Assembly: GCA_963845755.1 (NCBI GenBank)
Contig: CAWJTV010000028.1
Coordinates: forward strand, 1-64,000
DNA: 64,000 nt
Direction of reading: 5' to 3'
Origin: an uncultured Planctomycetota bacterium
GTDB lineage: Bacteria; Planctomycetota; Planctomycetia; Isosphaerales; Isosphaeraceae
Shown: one piece after another, positions 1-9,747 of the stretch
Numbering within the stretch: position 1 is the stretch's first letter
Layout of the letters: the number at the start of each line of letters is the position of its first letter
Notes under the pieces: model-generated
Databases searched by the model: none
Seen by the model: only the letters and a program-made list of their open reading frames with translations
Told to the model about the DNA's origin: nothing
Position numbers and translations under genes: made by a program

Positions 1-1658
1 TGGTCGCGCAGGAAGGGCATGCCGCGGACATCGGCCGCGACGTGCTCCGCGCCGGCGGCAATGCGGTGGATGCCGCGGTCGCGACGGCGTTCGCCCTGGC
101 CGTGACGCTCCCCGAGGCCGGCAACCTGGGCGGTGGCGGCTTCATCGTCGCCTACCTGGCCGATCGCCGGGAGGTGGTGACCGTCAACTTCCGCGAGATC
201 GCCCCGCGCGCGTCGAGCCCCCGAATGTACCTCGACGGCGAAAAGCTCCGGCCCCGCTACCGGACCGGTGCCTGGGCGGCCGGAGTGCCGGGGACAGTCC
301 GCGGCCTGGCGCTGGCCCACCAACGTTGGGGCAAACGCCCCTGGGGGGACCTGGTCCGCCCGGCCGGCCGGCTGGCGCGCGAAGGCTTCCTCATCTCCGA
401 CGACCTGGCCGGCTCCTTGAATCGCCAGTTGGCCCCGACACGGGCCTCGGAGGAGAAAAAAGCCACGCGGACGCGATCCGACTTCGGCCGGCTCGGCGAT
501 TATCCCGAGTCGATCGCCGCGTTCGGGAAGTTCGACCGCAGCCCCTGGCGCGCCGGCGACCGGCTCGTCCAGGCCGACCTCGCCGACACCCTGGAACGGA
601 TCGCCGACCGGGGTCCGGACGAGTTCTATACGGGACGGACCGCCCAGCTCATCGCGGACTATATGAGCCAGCATGGCGGCTTCATCACGCTCGACGACCT
701 GAAGTCCTACCAGGCCAAGCAGCGGGCGCCGGTGCATACGGCGTTCCGTGGCCACGACGTCTACAGCATCGGTCCCTCGTCGAGTGGCGGCGTCGTGCTC
801 TGCCAGATGCTCAACATCCTCGAGCGGTACGACCTCGCGGCCGATGGCCGGGACTCGCCGATCACCCTCCACCGGATCACCGAGGCGATGCGCCGCGCCT
901 ACTTCACCCGGGCCACCCGCCTGGCCGATCCCGACTTCGTCAACGTGCCCGTCGCCGATCTGACCTCCAAGACGTACGCCGATCAGCTCGCTCGATCGAT
1001 CGGCGACCGCGCGACCTCCAGCGGCGCGCTGGCCCCGTTCCCCATCCAGGATGCCGAGGGCGATCATACCACGCATCTCTCGACCGCGGACGAATCCGGC
1101 AGCGCCGTGGCGCTGACCTACACCCTGGAAGATTCCTTCGGGGCCAAGTGCGTGGTCACCGGCGCGGGGTTCCTGCTCAACAACGAGATGGGCGACTTCA
1201 ACCTGATCCCGGACCGGACCGATACCCGCGGCGGGATCGGGACGGTCCCCAACCAGATCGAGCCCCTCAAGCGGATGCTCAGCTCTCAGACCCCCACGCT
1301 CGTGCTCAAGGGCGGGCGCGTGCGTGTCGTGACCGGCTCGCCGGGCGGCCGGACCATCCCGAATACCACGCTCTGGGTCGTGCTCAACGTCGTGGAATTC
1401 GGTCTCGACGCACGACAGGCCGTCGACGCGCCCCGGACGCATCACCAGTGGTTCCCCGACGCCCTGACCCTCGAGGGCCGAGACTGGCCCAAGGCCACCA
1501 TCGACGCGCTCGAAGGCATGGGACACCGCGTCCGATCGGTCGCTCACCAGGGAAATGCCAATACGATCGTCATCGCCACCGACGAAGATCACCCCCGCCT
1601 ACGACTCCTCGGGATCGCCGATCGCCGCCGTTCGACCACCAAAGCGTCCGGCGACTGA
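1..1658 (+). CDS. ggt: gamma-glutamyltransferase (5' end lies outside the window)
   Basis: GGNAVDAAVA, GNLGGGGF, catalytic-Thr motif HTTHLS, LLNNEMGDF, KRMLSS, GSPGG. The frame is open back to the window edge. Confidence 0.95.
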   Translation, partial: VAQEGHAADIGRDVLRAGGNAVDAAVATAFALAVTLPEAGNLGGGGFIVAYLADRREVVTVNFREIAPRASSPRMYLDGEKLRPRYRTGAWAAGVPGTVRGLALAHQRWGKRPWGDLVRPAGRLAREGFLISDDLAGSLNRQLAPTRASEEKKATRTRSDFGRLGDYPESIAAFGKFDRSPWRAGDRLVQADLADTLERIADRGPDEFYTGRTAQLIADYMSQHGGFITLDDLKSYQAKQRAPVHTAFRGHDVYSIGPSSSGGVVLCQMLNILERYDLAADGRDSPITLHRITEAMRRAYFTRATRLADPDFVNVPVADLTSKTYADQLARSIGDRATSSGALAPFPIQDAEGDHTTHLSTADESGSAVALTYTLEDSFGAKCVVTGAGFLLNNEMGDFNLIPDRTDTRGGIGTVPNQIEPLKRMLSSQTPTLVLKGGRVRVVTGSPGGRTIPNTTLWVVLNVVEFGLDARQAVDAPRTHHQWFPDALTLEGRDWPKATIDALEGMGHRVRSVAHQGNANTIVIATDEDHPRLRLLGIADRRRSTTKASGD

Positions 1659-1952
1659 CCCGCGATCCCCGCGGATTTCGACCACATCCCAATATTCAAA
1701 GGAAGCCCCTAAACCTTTGTGGCTATTGAACTTTGGGGTCTTTGCACGACACTAGCCGTTGCGTGTGTGCACCACTGTAGCCGATGGGTGTGCCACAAAT
1801 CCGCCGATCGCCCGTAATGATGATAGCGATAACCGGAACGGAGCGTTGCTATACGGCTCCGCGTTGCTTATCGGCGGGTGTCCATCGACGAATCGAGGTC
1901 ACCTCCCTCCACAGCTTCATCGAGCGCCACTGCGATTGGGAGTCTGACGACC

Positions 1953-2162
1953 ATGGTGAAGAAATCTCATTCCGAGAGTCCGACCATCTTGCTGCGCGTC
2001 AGCGATGGGACGTTCCACATGCACCGTTCGTTCAGCGATTTCAGCCAGGCGATTCGCAGCGCCGAGGCGTACGCCGGGGCGGGATTCCGCGTCGCCATGA
2101 TCTCGGCGACCGGCCGGTTCCTGATGGCGTTCGACCCGCGCAATCACCGGATCGCGGTCTGA
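1953..2162 (+). CDS. small hypothetical protein (69 aa)
   Basis: ATG at 1953 after a GGGAG RBS. Protein-like composition (MVKKSHSE...FRVAMISATGRFLMAFDP). Confidence 0.55.
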   Translation: MVKKSHSESPTILLRVSDGTFHMHRSFSDFSQAIRSAEAYAGAGFRVAMISATGRFLMAFDPRNHRIAV

Positions 2163-2398
2163 CGGTCCCCACCGATTCTGGCCGCGGGGCCCCTGTTTTC
2201 CAGCCTCCGGAGCGTTCCTCACCCCAAAAAAACCGGGAATTCTCGGCGAAAATCGGGGTTTTCTCCTGGTTTTGCTGGAGGTTTTCGGGATAATCGTCGA
2301 AAACGATTGCCAGGAGCCTCGGTCATCATCCTCAGGTTGGGGAGACCGACCGGTTCGTTCGAGGCGAGGCAGCGATCTCTACAGGAGGGTAATTGCCC

Positions 2399-2770
2399 AT
2401 GGCCAAGAAAGCCGCACCGAAAGCCGCCGAACCGAAGGCGGCGTCCGCGGGCGCCGACAAGAAGACCGCCAAGCCCCGCACCAAGGGCGAGGTCTTCTCC
2501 AAACTGGCCGAATCCACCGGTCTGTCGAAGAAGCAGATCACCGGCGTGTTCGATGCCTTGTCGGAGTTGATCAAGAGCGAGCTGGGCAAGAAGGGCCCCG
2601 GTATCTTCGTGATCCCCGGTCTCCTCAAGCTGAAGCGGGATCACAAGCCAGCGACCAAGGCTGGGCAACGGGTCAACCCCTTCACCAAACAGATGCAAAT
2701 GTATCCTGCCAAGCCGGCGCGTAACGTCGTCAAGGCGCGGCCGCTCAAGTCGCTCAAGGAGATGGTCTGA
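2399..2770 (+). CDS. HU/IHF-family DNA-binding protein with Lys/Ala-rich N-tail
   Basis: AGGAGG RBS. TKGEVFSKLAESTGLSKKQI, FVIPGLLKL, NPFT, KPARNVVKARPLK. Confidence 0.9.
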   Translation: MAKKAAPKAAEPKAASAGADKKTAKPRTKGEVFSKLAESTGLSKKQITGVFDALSELIKSELGKKGPGIFVIPGLLKLKRDHKPATKAGQRVNPFTKQMQMYPAKPARNVVKARPLKSLKEMV

Positions 2771-2909
2771 GCTCGGCAAGTGGCGAGTCGGTAAACACTC
2801 GGGACCTCACTGGCCACCCCTGGCAAGGATCGAGCCTCGGCAGTGCGGCTCGACGGGTCGGGTCTCCAAGCGCCACAGGCCACTTGAATCGTCGCACGAT
2901 GGGAGCGAG

Positions 2910-2965
2910 GGGTTGGAGTACCGGCTTTAGCCGGCCTTCTCCGCCTGAAGGCGGGACTCCAACCC
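2910..2965. repeat. REP doublet (inverted pair of short palindromes)
   Basis: GGGTTGGAGTACCGGCTTTAGCCGG ... CCGCCTGAAGGCGGGACTCCAACCC. Each arm is internally palindromic and the two arms are inverted. Confidence 0.75.
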
Positions 2966-3168
2966 ATCAATCGAGGGTTGACCGATCGCGAGCCCGGCTG
3001 ACTGCCGTCACGGGCAAGGGACCCGGCCAGGTTGGCCTCCTGATCCGCACTCGGATCGAACGCGTCGAAGTGATCGACGACGATCACCTCGCGTCCGGCC
3101 GCCAGCCAGCGATCCACCAGGTGGGAACCGATGAAGTCCGCCCCGCGGCCGGTCACGATCGTCTTCAT
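2966..3168 (-). pseudogene. truncated NAD-dependent epimerase/dehydratase (N-terminal ~55 aa only)
   Basis: MKTIVTGRGADFIGSHLVDRWLAAGREVIVVDHFD is a degenerate Rossmann start. Similarity ends after ~55 aa and the frame runs into the REP. Confidence 0.7.
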
Positions 3169-6089
3169 TCGGCGACCAGCTCCCAGTGGAAGCCACCCTT
3201 CCGGCCATCGATCTCGAGGACGACGCCTTCCTTGTTGGGGAGGACCTCGAGGTTGACCGGCCCTTTGCGCTCGCCGGTGTTATCCAGCTCGAAGGCACGC
3301 ACGGTTCCCTTGTGTCTCCAGACGATCCGGGCCCTCACGGGTTCCTGGAGCAAGGGCGGACGTCCCGGATTGGCCACCGTGTACCGCCAGGAATGGACCC
3401 ACCGAAAGCCGGTCGGCTCGACCCGCGCGATCGCGGTGACCAGGAGCCGCTTCGCACTGGCGATCGGCTCGGGACCAATCGAGGTGGCGGCCAGCACCGC
3501 GAAATCGTTCTCGGCCAGGAACTCGAGGTCGTCCAGCTTGGCGGGCGAACGACCGACCCAGCCGACCTGCGCCTTGGTGAAGGGCGTGTCGATGACGAGC
3601 CGGCCGTGAGCGGGATCCCAACCGGGGATCGCTGAGGGTCGCCGGCCGCCCCGGGGCGCGCGCCGGCCGGGACCACTACTGGCGGACCGATCGAGCTCCG
3701 CCCGCGCCGCCGTCGAGCGGAAGAAGAGCGAGGCGGCATGCGGCCAGAGCGCGTAGATGTGCGGGCTGCCATTGAGGGTCTCGGTGATTTGGAAGAGATC
3801 CTCGCCGCCACCCGTTCCGGTCGCACACTCACCCCAGGTCATGGGATAGAGGAACACCCCGCGCCGGACCAGGGCGTCCCAATCCTCGGTCGCCGCCGTG
3901 TGCACGCCCAGGAGCATATCGGCGGACTCCGTCGGGAACGACCAGGCACCCATGGTCTGGTTGCACCATTGACTGACCACATACGGCCGATCGGGCCGGC
4001 GCTTGGCGGCGGCCTGGGCCAGGATGCCGCCGTCGGTGCTCCAGAGCATCGTGCGAAGGTCCGGAGCGGCCCAGTCGAATGACGTGAACCAGAAGATCCG
4101 GTCATCGATCAGGTCCAGGCCCTGTGCCGCCTGCGCCTGGACGAACTCGTGCTCGCGACGCTGCGACGAGACCCCGGCGATGGGCACCCGCAGGTTGTCC
4201 TTGCGCAGCGACTCGGCCATCTGACGGGACCGTTCCGCCTCGACCGACTCCCAGAGCCGTCGCCCGGAGATCCCGCCCTGGGCCTTCTCGGCCAGCGAGC
4301 GCAGGGAGGCCGCGTACGGACCCGGCAGGGATTCGGGTTGGTCGATCTGATTGAAGAGCGTCAGCTCACCGGCCAGCGTCACCCAGGCGAGGACCGGGTC
4401 GTCGCGGAGGGCCAGTCCAGTCTCCGGGTTGACATGACCGAGCAACGCCCGCGAGAACGCCAGGGCCAACTTGCGGATCGTCGGGTCCAACTGGTAGGCC
4501 GGACCGCCGCCGGGCGGGAGCAATCCGGGGTCGGGGACCTTATCCCCGGCGCGATAGAGCCGATCGCTCTGGAGTTCCAGCGCGATCGAGATCCCGCGTT
4601 TCTTCAACGCGGCGATCAGGTGATCGAGCCGGGAAAGGCCCACGGGGTCGAGATGCTGGGTGTCGTCGAATGAGTCATCGATCAGGCTGCGCTCTGGCCC
4701 GAGCGCCGTGTCGAGTTCGCCCAGCCGCACCAGGTTGATCCCCGACCGGGCCAGGCGGTCGGCCAGCGCGTCGGCCCTCTCGGGCTCGACGAACGCCGCC
4801 GGCGGCAGCAGGCTCACGCCCAGGAACCGCGCCCGACCCCCCTTGTTGTACACCAGGTGGCCTTCCTTCGCCGTGACGAACCGTCCCCGTGCCACCGATT
4901 CGGGCGTCAGGAACGAGACATCCAGCGCGCTCCCCGGGGCGATCTGCGGGGACGGTCCGACGGGAAGCCAATCGTCGGATTGGTCGGACTCGTGAAACGG
5001 GACCCAGGAGCCGGCCTGAGGGTCGGGAGACGCGCTGACCCGAACATCGTCGACCCGCAGGGCTCCGCTCGAATCAACCTTGATGATCTGGAGCATCGCG
5101 CGGGTGGCTCCCGACGGTATCGGCACGCGGACCGGTTCGATCGTCCGCCACGGAAAAGTGCCCGACCAGCGCACAATCGTCGTCCCTTGCTCCTGACCCG
5201 GCAGCGTCCGGCCGGAATCGTCGAGGAAGTACATCGCGGCCCCGGCCCCCTCCGCGCCGCGCAGGCCCTGGGCACTGACGGCCATCGAGACCTCCAGGGC
5301 CTCGAACCGGTTGATCGGGATGGCCACCACCGCCTTGGCACGCGACCGGGCCCGGGACAGTTCCAGTGTGGCCGAGGTGCCGTTTGTCGGGACGACCCGG
5401 CGTGCCCCCTTCTCGACGATCCAGAACTCCGGCGCCTGATCGCCGAGCTCGAAGTCGCCGTTGACGATCAGGTTCGTGGTCTCCACGCCACCTTTCGGCA
5501 CGAGATCCACGGTCAGGCCGTTAACGTCGAGGGTCCCGGTGGCGCCCAGGAGCCCGACGGTCATGATGGCATCCTTGGTGGTCGGTGGCACGGCCAGCCG
5601 CTTGACGACCCGGGTCCAGGCCTTGCCGCCGGACCACTTCCACGGGCCCATCGCCGTGTGGCGCGCGATCCGCAACTGGTCTTCATAGAAGTCCATCAGC
5701 AGATACGGCTCCACGCTGTCGCGCTCGCCGTGCCGGATGTTGTTCGGCCGCACCCACAGGCCCAGGATGATCGCCTCGGTTTGGCGTCCGTCGATCCCGA
5801 ATGCCTTGCTGAGCCGCGCGGGTCGGCCCAACTTGCTGCTCTGGATCCGCACGAAATGAGGGCCGACGGCACCTCCCTCGGGCATCAGGACGGCATCGCG
5901 GGCATTGTACCAGCCGTCGGGGACGCGATCCTCGTTCGCGTCGGCCTCCAGGTCGTCGAGCGCCGGAGGGGCCGGGCGCTCGACCAGGTCATCCTGGGCG
6001 AACGCCGGAGGTCCGGCCGGCCCCCAGGTCCCCGCCACCACGATCAGTACACGAGCCGCCCACTTGATCTGTTGACCCGACCTGCTCAC
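3165..6089 (-). CDS. exported protein: two CBM-like jelly-roll domains plus a GH5-like (clan GH-A) barrel
   Basis: Signal-like N-terminus (..PPAFA|QDD). NLIVNGDFE and LRVDDVRV CBM-type motifs. RFLGVSL, LARSGINLVR, RLDHLIAALKKRGI, HVNPETGLALRDDPVLAWV. The GTG start is inferred from an RBS. Confidence 0.75.
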   Translation of the reverse strand: MSRSGQQIKWAARVLIVVAGTWGPAGPPAFAQDDLVERPAPPALDDLEADANEDRVPDGWYNARDAVLMPEGGAVGPHFVRIQSSKLGRPARLSKAFGIDGRQTEAIILGLWVRPNNIRHGERDSVEPYLLMDFYEDQLRIARHTAMGPWKWSGGKAWTRVVKRLAVPPTTKDAIMTVGLLGATGTLDVNGLTVDLVPKGGVETTNLIVNGDFELGDQAPEFWIVEKGARRVVPTNGTSATLELSRARSRAKAVVAIPINRFEALEVSMAVSAQGLRGAEGAGAAMYFLDDSGRTLPGQEQGTTIVRWSGTFPWRTIEPVRVPIPSGATRAMLQIIKVDSSGALRVDDVRVSASPDPQAGSWVPFHESDQSDDWLPVGPSPQIAPGSALDVSFLTPESVARGRFVTAKEGHLVYNKGGRARFLGVSLLPPAAFVEPERADALADRLARSGINLVRLGELDTALGPERSLIDDSFDDTQHLDPVGLSRLDHLIAALKKRGISIALELQSDRLYRAGDKVPDPGLLPPGGGPAYQLDPTIRKLALAFSRALLGHVNPETGLALRDDPVLAWVTLAGELTLFNQIDQPESLPGPYAASLRSLAEKAQGGISGRRLWESVEAERSRQMAESLRKDNLRVPIAGVSSQRREHEFVQAQAAQGLDLIDDRIFWFTSFDWAAPDLRTMLWSTDGGILAQAAAKRRPDRPYVVSQWCNQTMGAWSFPTESADMLLGVHTAATEDWDALVRRGVFLYPMTWGECATGTGGGEDLFQITETLNGSPHIYALWPHAASLFFRSTAARAELDRSASSGPGRRAPRGGRRPSAIPGWDPAHGRLVIDTPFTKAQVGWVGRSPAKLDDLEFLAENDFAVLAATSIGPEPIASAKRLLVTAIARVEPTGFRWVHSWRYTVANPGRPPLLQEPVRARIVWRHKGTVRAFELDNTGERKGPVNLEVLPNKEGVVLEIDGRKGGFHWELVAE

Positions 6090-6176
6090 CACAGTTCCTC
6101 CCCGGCGTCTGGTACGGTCGCCACGGACGGCCGGCGATCCCGGACCGTCGGGACGTCGGCGCCACAACGACTACGG

Positions 6177-7010
6177 TCATGGGTTCTTGGGGGTTCCCTT
6201 CTCCGCCTTCTTGGACTTGGCCCGGGCTTCGGCCGCTTCGCGCTGGGCCCGGCCCGTCATCGGGACGAAGAGGGTCGGCCTCAGCGCCCGTTTGGTCAGT
6301 TCCTTGCCGTGCTTCTCGACCAGGTAGACGGTCTGGTCGAACCGTTTGCCCAGGGGGATCGCCATCCGGCCGCCATCCTTGAGCTGATCGACCAGCGGCT
6401 GGGGGATCTTCTCCGGGCGCAGGTCACGATGATTGCATCGAACGGGGCCGCGTCGGGCCAGCCCTCGTAGCCGTCGCCGATGCGCGTATGGATATTCGTA
6501 TAACCCAGCTCCTTGTGCACCTGGGCGGCGCGTTGAACCGAGCGAGGCGTGGATCTCCACCGAGTAGACCTCCTTGACCAGCCGCGAGAGGATCGCCGAC
6601 TGGTAGCCCGAGCCGGTGCCGACCTCGAACACGCGATCCGTCGGCTTGGGTTTGAGCACCTCGGTCATGAAAGCGACGTCGAACGGAGCCGTGATCGTTT
6701 GGGCCTCACCGATCGGGATCGACTCGTCGTCATAGGCCAGCCGATGCGTACCGGGCGGGAGGAAGAGGTGCCGGGGCACGGTCCGGAACACATCGAGGAC
6801 CTTCTTGTCCTTGATGCCGCGATCGATGAGATGCCGCTCTACCATCTGGTTCCGCGCCGCGGCGGACTTATCGTCGTCCGAGGTGGATGATTTGTCTCCG
6901 GACTTCGCCCTCCCTTGATCCTGGGAATAGGCGTGCATCCACGTACCAAGGATCAAGCCGGCCACCAGCACGGCACCGAGACGCATCCGGGCCGGGAGTT
7001 GATCTATCAT
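6177..7010 (-). CDS. pcm: protein-L-isoaspartate O-methyltransferase with N-terminal signal peptide; two compensating indels (~6535, ~6417)
   Basis: VPRHLF, IGEAQTI, VFEVGTGSGYQSAIL, FVPMTG. The alternate frame supplies GDGYEGWPDAAPFDAIIVTCA. GGAGGT RBS before ATG 7010. Confidence 0.9.
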   Translation of the reverse strand: MIDQLPARMRLGAVLVAGLILGTWMHAYSQDQGRAKSGDKSSTSDDDKSAAARNQMVERHLIDRGIKDKKVLDVFRTVPRHLFLPPGTHRLAYDDESIPIGEAQTITAPFDVAFMTEVLKPKPTDRVFEVGTGSGYQSAILSRLVKEVYSVEIHASLGSTRRPGAQGAGLYEYPYAHRRRLRGLARRGPVRCNHRDLRPEKIPQPLVDQLKDGGRMAIPLGKRFDQTVYLVEKHGKELTKRALRPTLFVPMTGRAQREAAEARAKSKKAEKGTPKNP

Positions 7011-7571
7011 CACGACCTCCATCCGCATCGAGGGACTGAAAGGTTCGAACGATCCCCTCGGTTCCGAGGACGAAACTTCATCATACAACGAACCGGCGCG
7101 GGCCGGGGAGAGCGCGGCGTCGCCGAACCGCGCGATGCCCTGGCCTCGCTCACGCTACGCCGGGGATGAGGATCGGCGAGTCGTTGCGTGCAGTCGATTG
7201 GCGGGATTATCCTCACCCGTGAGAGTCGAGGCGAGTCCGCAGCCCCACCAGTGATCGACGCGATTCCGAGTCGGGTTATTCGGACGATTCCCTCAGAGGC
7301 CCCGCTGAGGCGTCACTCTCCCGTGCGCCGTTCCTCACCGACGACGTCGGTCCGAACCCGTACGACCGGCTCCCTTATCTACGGGGACGCCGAGGTCGAA
7401 GCCGGGCGTCGGTGGAACCAGGGGACGGCCCTCTGAACATGCGTCTCGCGGAGATTCCGGGAAATCCACTTGGTCGGCCTCCGGAACGCGGGTATAATCG
7501 TGAGGGTTCGGAAGGAATCGGCGATACGACTTCAGCTTGTGGTCTCCCAACGGCCCGGAGAATCACGACCG

Positions 7572-8033
7572 ATGGGGATTGCCGCGGCAGGCCTGGCGGG
7601 GATTCTCCTCTTCCTGGGAGCCGGGCCGCCATCGTCGGTCAAGCCCGAATCGGTGACGCTCCGCGGCAAGGTCATGCCCCTGGACGCGGCCATCCGGTCC
7701 CTGGGGCTGGACGTCAAGCCGGATCCGGAGTCCCTCGCGCACCAGGTCGTGTTGCTCGGCGAGGATCGATCGATCACCCCGCTCCTTTCCGACGACGCCA
7801 GCCGCGCCTTGTTCCTCGACCCGCGACTCCAGGGATGCCCGACCGAGATCCGAGGCCGGCGATTCCCGGGCGTGCCGTATCTTCAGGTGTCAACATTCCG
7901 CATCGAGCGCGAAGGTCGGCTCGAAATCCCCGAATACTATTGCGATATCTGTGCGATCAGCGTCCGATCTCCTCAAATATGTCCCTGCTGTCAAGGTCCC
8001 ATGGAGCTACGCATGAAGCCCGATCGTCGCTGA
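7572..8033 (+). CDS. exported hypothetical protein with C-terminal Cys cluster (CxxC...CPCC)
   Basis: Hydrophobic N-terminus. YYCDICAISVRSPQICPCCQGPMEL. Start uncertain (7470 or 7572). Confidence 0.75.
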   Translation: MGIAAAGLAGILLFLGAGPPSSVKPESVTLRGKVMPLDAAIRSLGLDVKPDPESLAHQVVLLGEDRSITPLLSDDASRALFLDPRLQGCPTEIRGRRFPGVPYLQVSTFRIEREGRLEIPEYYCDICAISVRSPQICPCCQGPMELRMKPDRR

Positions 8034-8172
8034 CTGACCGAGACGGGCTCGATGGCAGCTTGACCGCGGCGCAGTCGATGGCGTCCAACGTCCGGAAGCA
8101 TCCTCTCGAGGTCTGGGAACGAACACCCTCTGTCTGAGGGTGGCGGTCGGATCCGCCAGGGAGAGTCCTGAC

Positions 8173-9420
8173 ATGTCATCCGTGGAAAGTGCGAACGTGT
8201 TGCTGGGACTGGTGGCGATCGTGGCGCTCGCCTCGACGCTCTGGTCGACGGCCTGCCTGTTCTGGTTCACGCGCCGGCGTCGCGGACTGGCCGACCTCAC
8301 GCCGCCGGTGACGATCCTCAAGCCGCTCAAGGGGTTGGATGAGGGGCTGGAGGCGAACCTCCGGAGCTTCTTCCATCTCGATTATCCGGTGGTCCAGCTC
8401 ATCTTCGGGGTGGCGGACGCCGACGATCCGGCGATCGGGGTCGTCGAGAAACTCCAGCGCGAGTTCCCCGACCGCGACGTACGGCTGGTGATCGGCTGCC
8501 CGGCGTTCGGCCTGAACCCGAAGGTGGAAAACCTCGCGGCGATGGACCGCTACCGCAAGCACGCCGTGCTCCTGATCAGCGACTCGAACATCCGCGTCCG
8601 TCCCTCCTATCTTCGGGAGACGGTCTGCTACCTCGCCGAGCCCGGCGTGGGACTGGTGACCAACCTCTTCGTCGGCGTCGGCGAGAAACATGCCGGCGCG
8701 GTGATGGAGAACCTCCAGTTGAACGGCCTGATCGCCAGTGGGGTGGCTCTGGCCTCGATGCTGCGGGTCACGTGCGTGGTGGGGAAATCGATGCTGATGC
8801 CCGCCCGGGCCCTGGATGCGATCGGCGGTTTTGCCGCCGTGCGGAACCTCATGGCCGAGGATCAGGCCATCGGCGTCCGGGTCCGCCAGGCGGGGTATTC
8901 GATCCGTCTGAGTCATCACATCATCGAGAACGTCAACAGTGACCGCAGTTTCAAGTGGTTCCTGAACCGCCACTCGCGATGGTTCAAGATCCGCCGGCGG
9001 ATGGCGCTGCCCGCCTTCCTCTTCGAGCCGATGGCGAACCTCACCGCCGTCGGCCTGGTCTGGGCGTTCTCGGGCGAGTCGGGAATTGCCTGGGGCGGCC
9101 TGCTGTTCCTGGTCGGACTGGGCATGTTGCGCGACGCCGTCCAGACCCGATGGATGCGCGGGTCGTTCCCCAAACTCCGCCACCTGCTCTACAGCCCGCT
9201 CAAGGACATCCTGCTCCTGCCGGTCTGGTTCGACGCGATCGTGAACCGGCACGTCCGGTGGCGCGGCCACGACTTCGTGATCGGCCGGATGACGCGCCTC
9301 CGCGTCGCCCGCGTACCCCGGCAGGTCCGCCGGCGCGTCCGCCGCGTCCAGCAGTTCCGCAATCAGCAGGCACAGCCGCAACCGCAGCCGCCTCAGAAGC
9401 CCAACCCTGCGGCGAACTGA
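8173..9420 (+). CDS. GT2 glycosyltransferase, ceramide glucosyltransferase/HpnI-like
   Basis: N-terminal TM helix, VTILKPLKG, GLNPKVENL, ISDSNI, AEDQ, RHSRW, C-terminal TM helices and WRG. Confidence 0.88.
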   Translation: MSSVESANVLLGLVAIVALASTLWSTACLFWFTRRRRGLADLTPPVTILKPLKGLDEGLEANLRSFFHLDYPVVQLIFGVADADDPAIGVVEKLQREFPDRDVRLVIGCPAFGLNPKVENLAAMDRYRKHAVLLISDSNIRVRPSYLRETVCYLAEPGVGLVTNLFVGVGEKHAGAVMENLQLNGLIASGVALASMLRVTCVVGKSMLMPARALDAIGGFAAVRNLMAEDQAIGVRVRQAGYSIRLSHHIIENVNSDRSFKWFLNRHSRWFKIRRRMALPAFLFEPMANLTAVGLVWAFSGESGIAWGGLLFLVGLGMLRDAVQTRWMRGSFPKLRHLLYSPLKDILLLPVWFDAIVNRHVRWRGHDFVIGRMTRLRVARVPRQVRRRVRRVQQFRNQQAQPQPQPPQKPNPAAN

Positions 9421-9747
9421 GTTTTCGACATCTGGCGAGACGCCCTCCAAAGAGCCGACTCCTGCTGACGGAAGTGGAGTACACGCGCCACCGTCCCCCG
9501 GAATCTCGAGCTCTGGACGGATAAAGCCCATCCCAACCCAAACTCGATCGACCTCGAATTCGGCCTGCGCAAAATCCCACTTGAATCTCGAGCCCCAACA
9601 TCGAATGATGAATTCCGTCGAGGAGCGACAGGACGATTCCGCTGCCGCCCCCGACTGCCGGCCGAGGACTGGCCAAGCGAATCCTGACCGACATGAAAAG
9701 GAAGGTGCCCGAACCAAGACCCTCAACTTGAAATGAAATGAGGTCTC

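Noticed and set aside
7036..7085. Hammerhead-like CTGA...GGACGAAAC
   Set aside because: The core reads CTGAAAG, not CTGANGA, and is not adjacent to stem II. Stems I and III cannot be formed.
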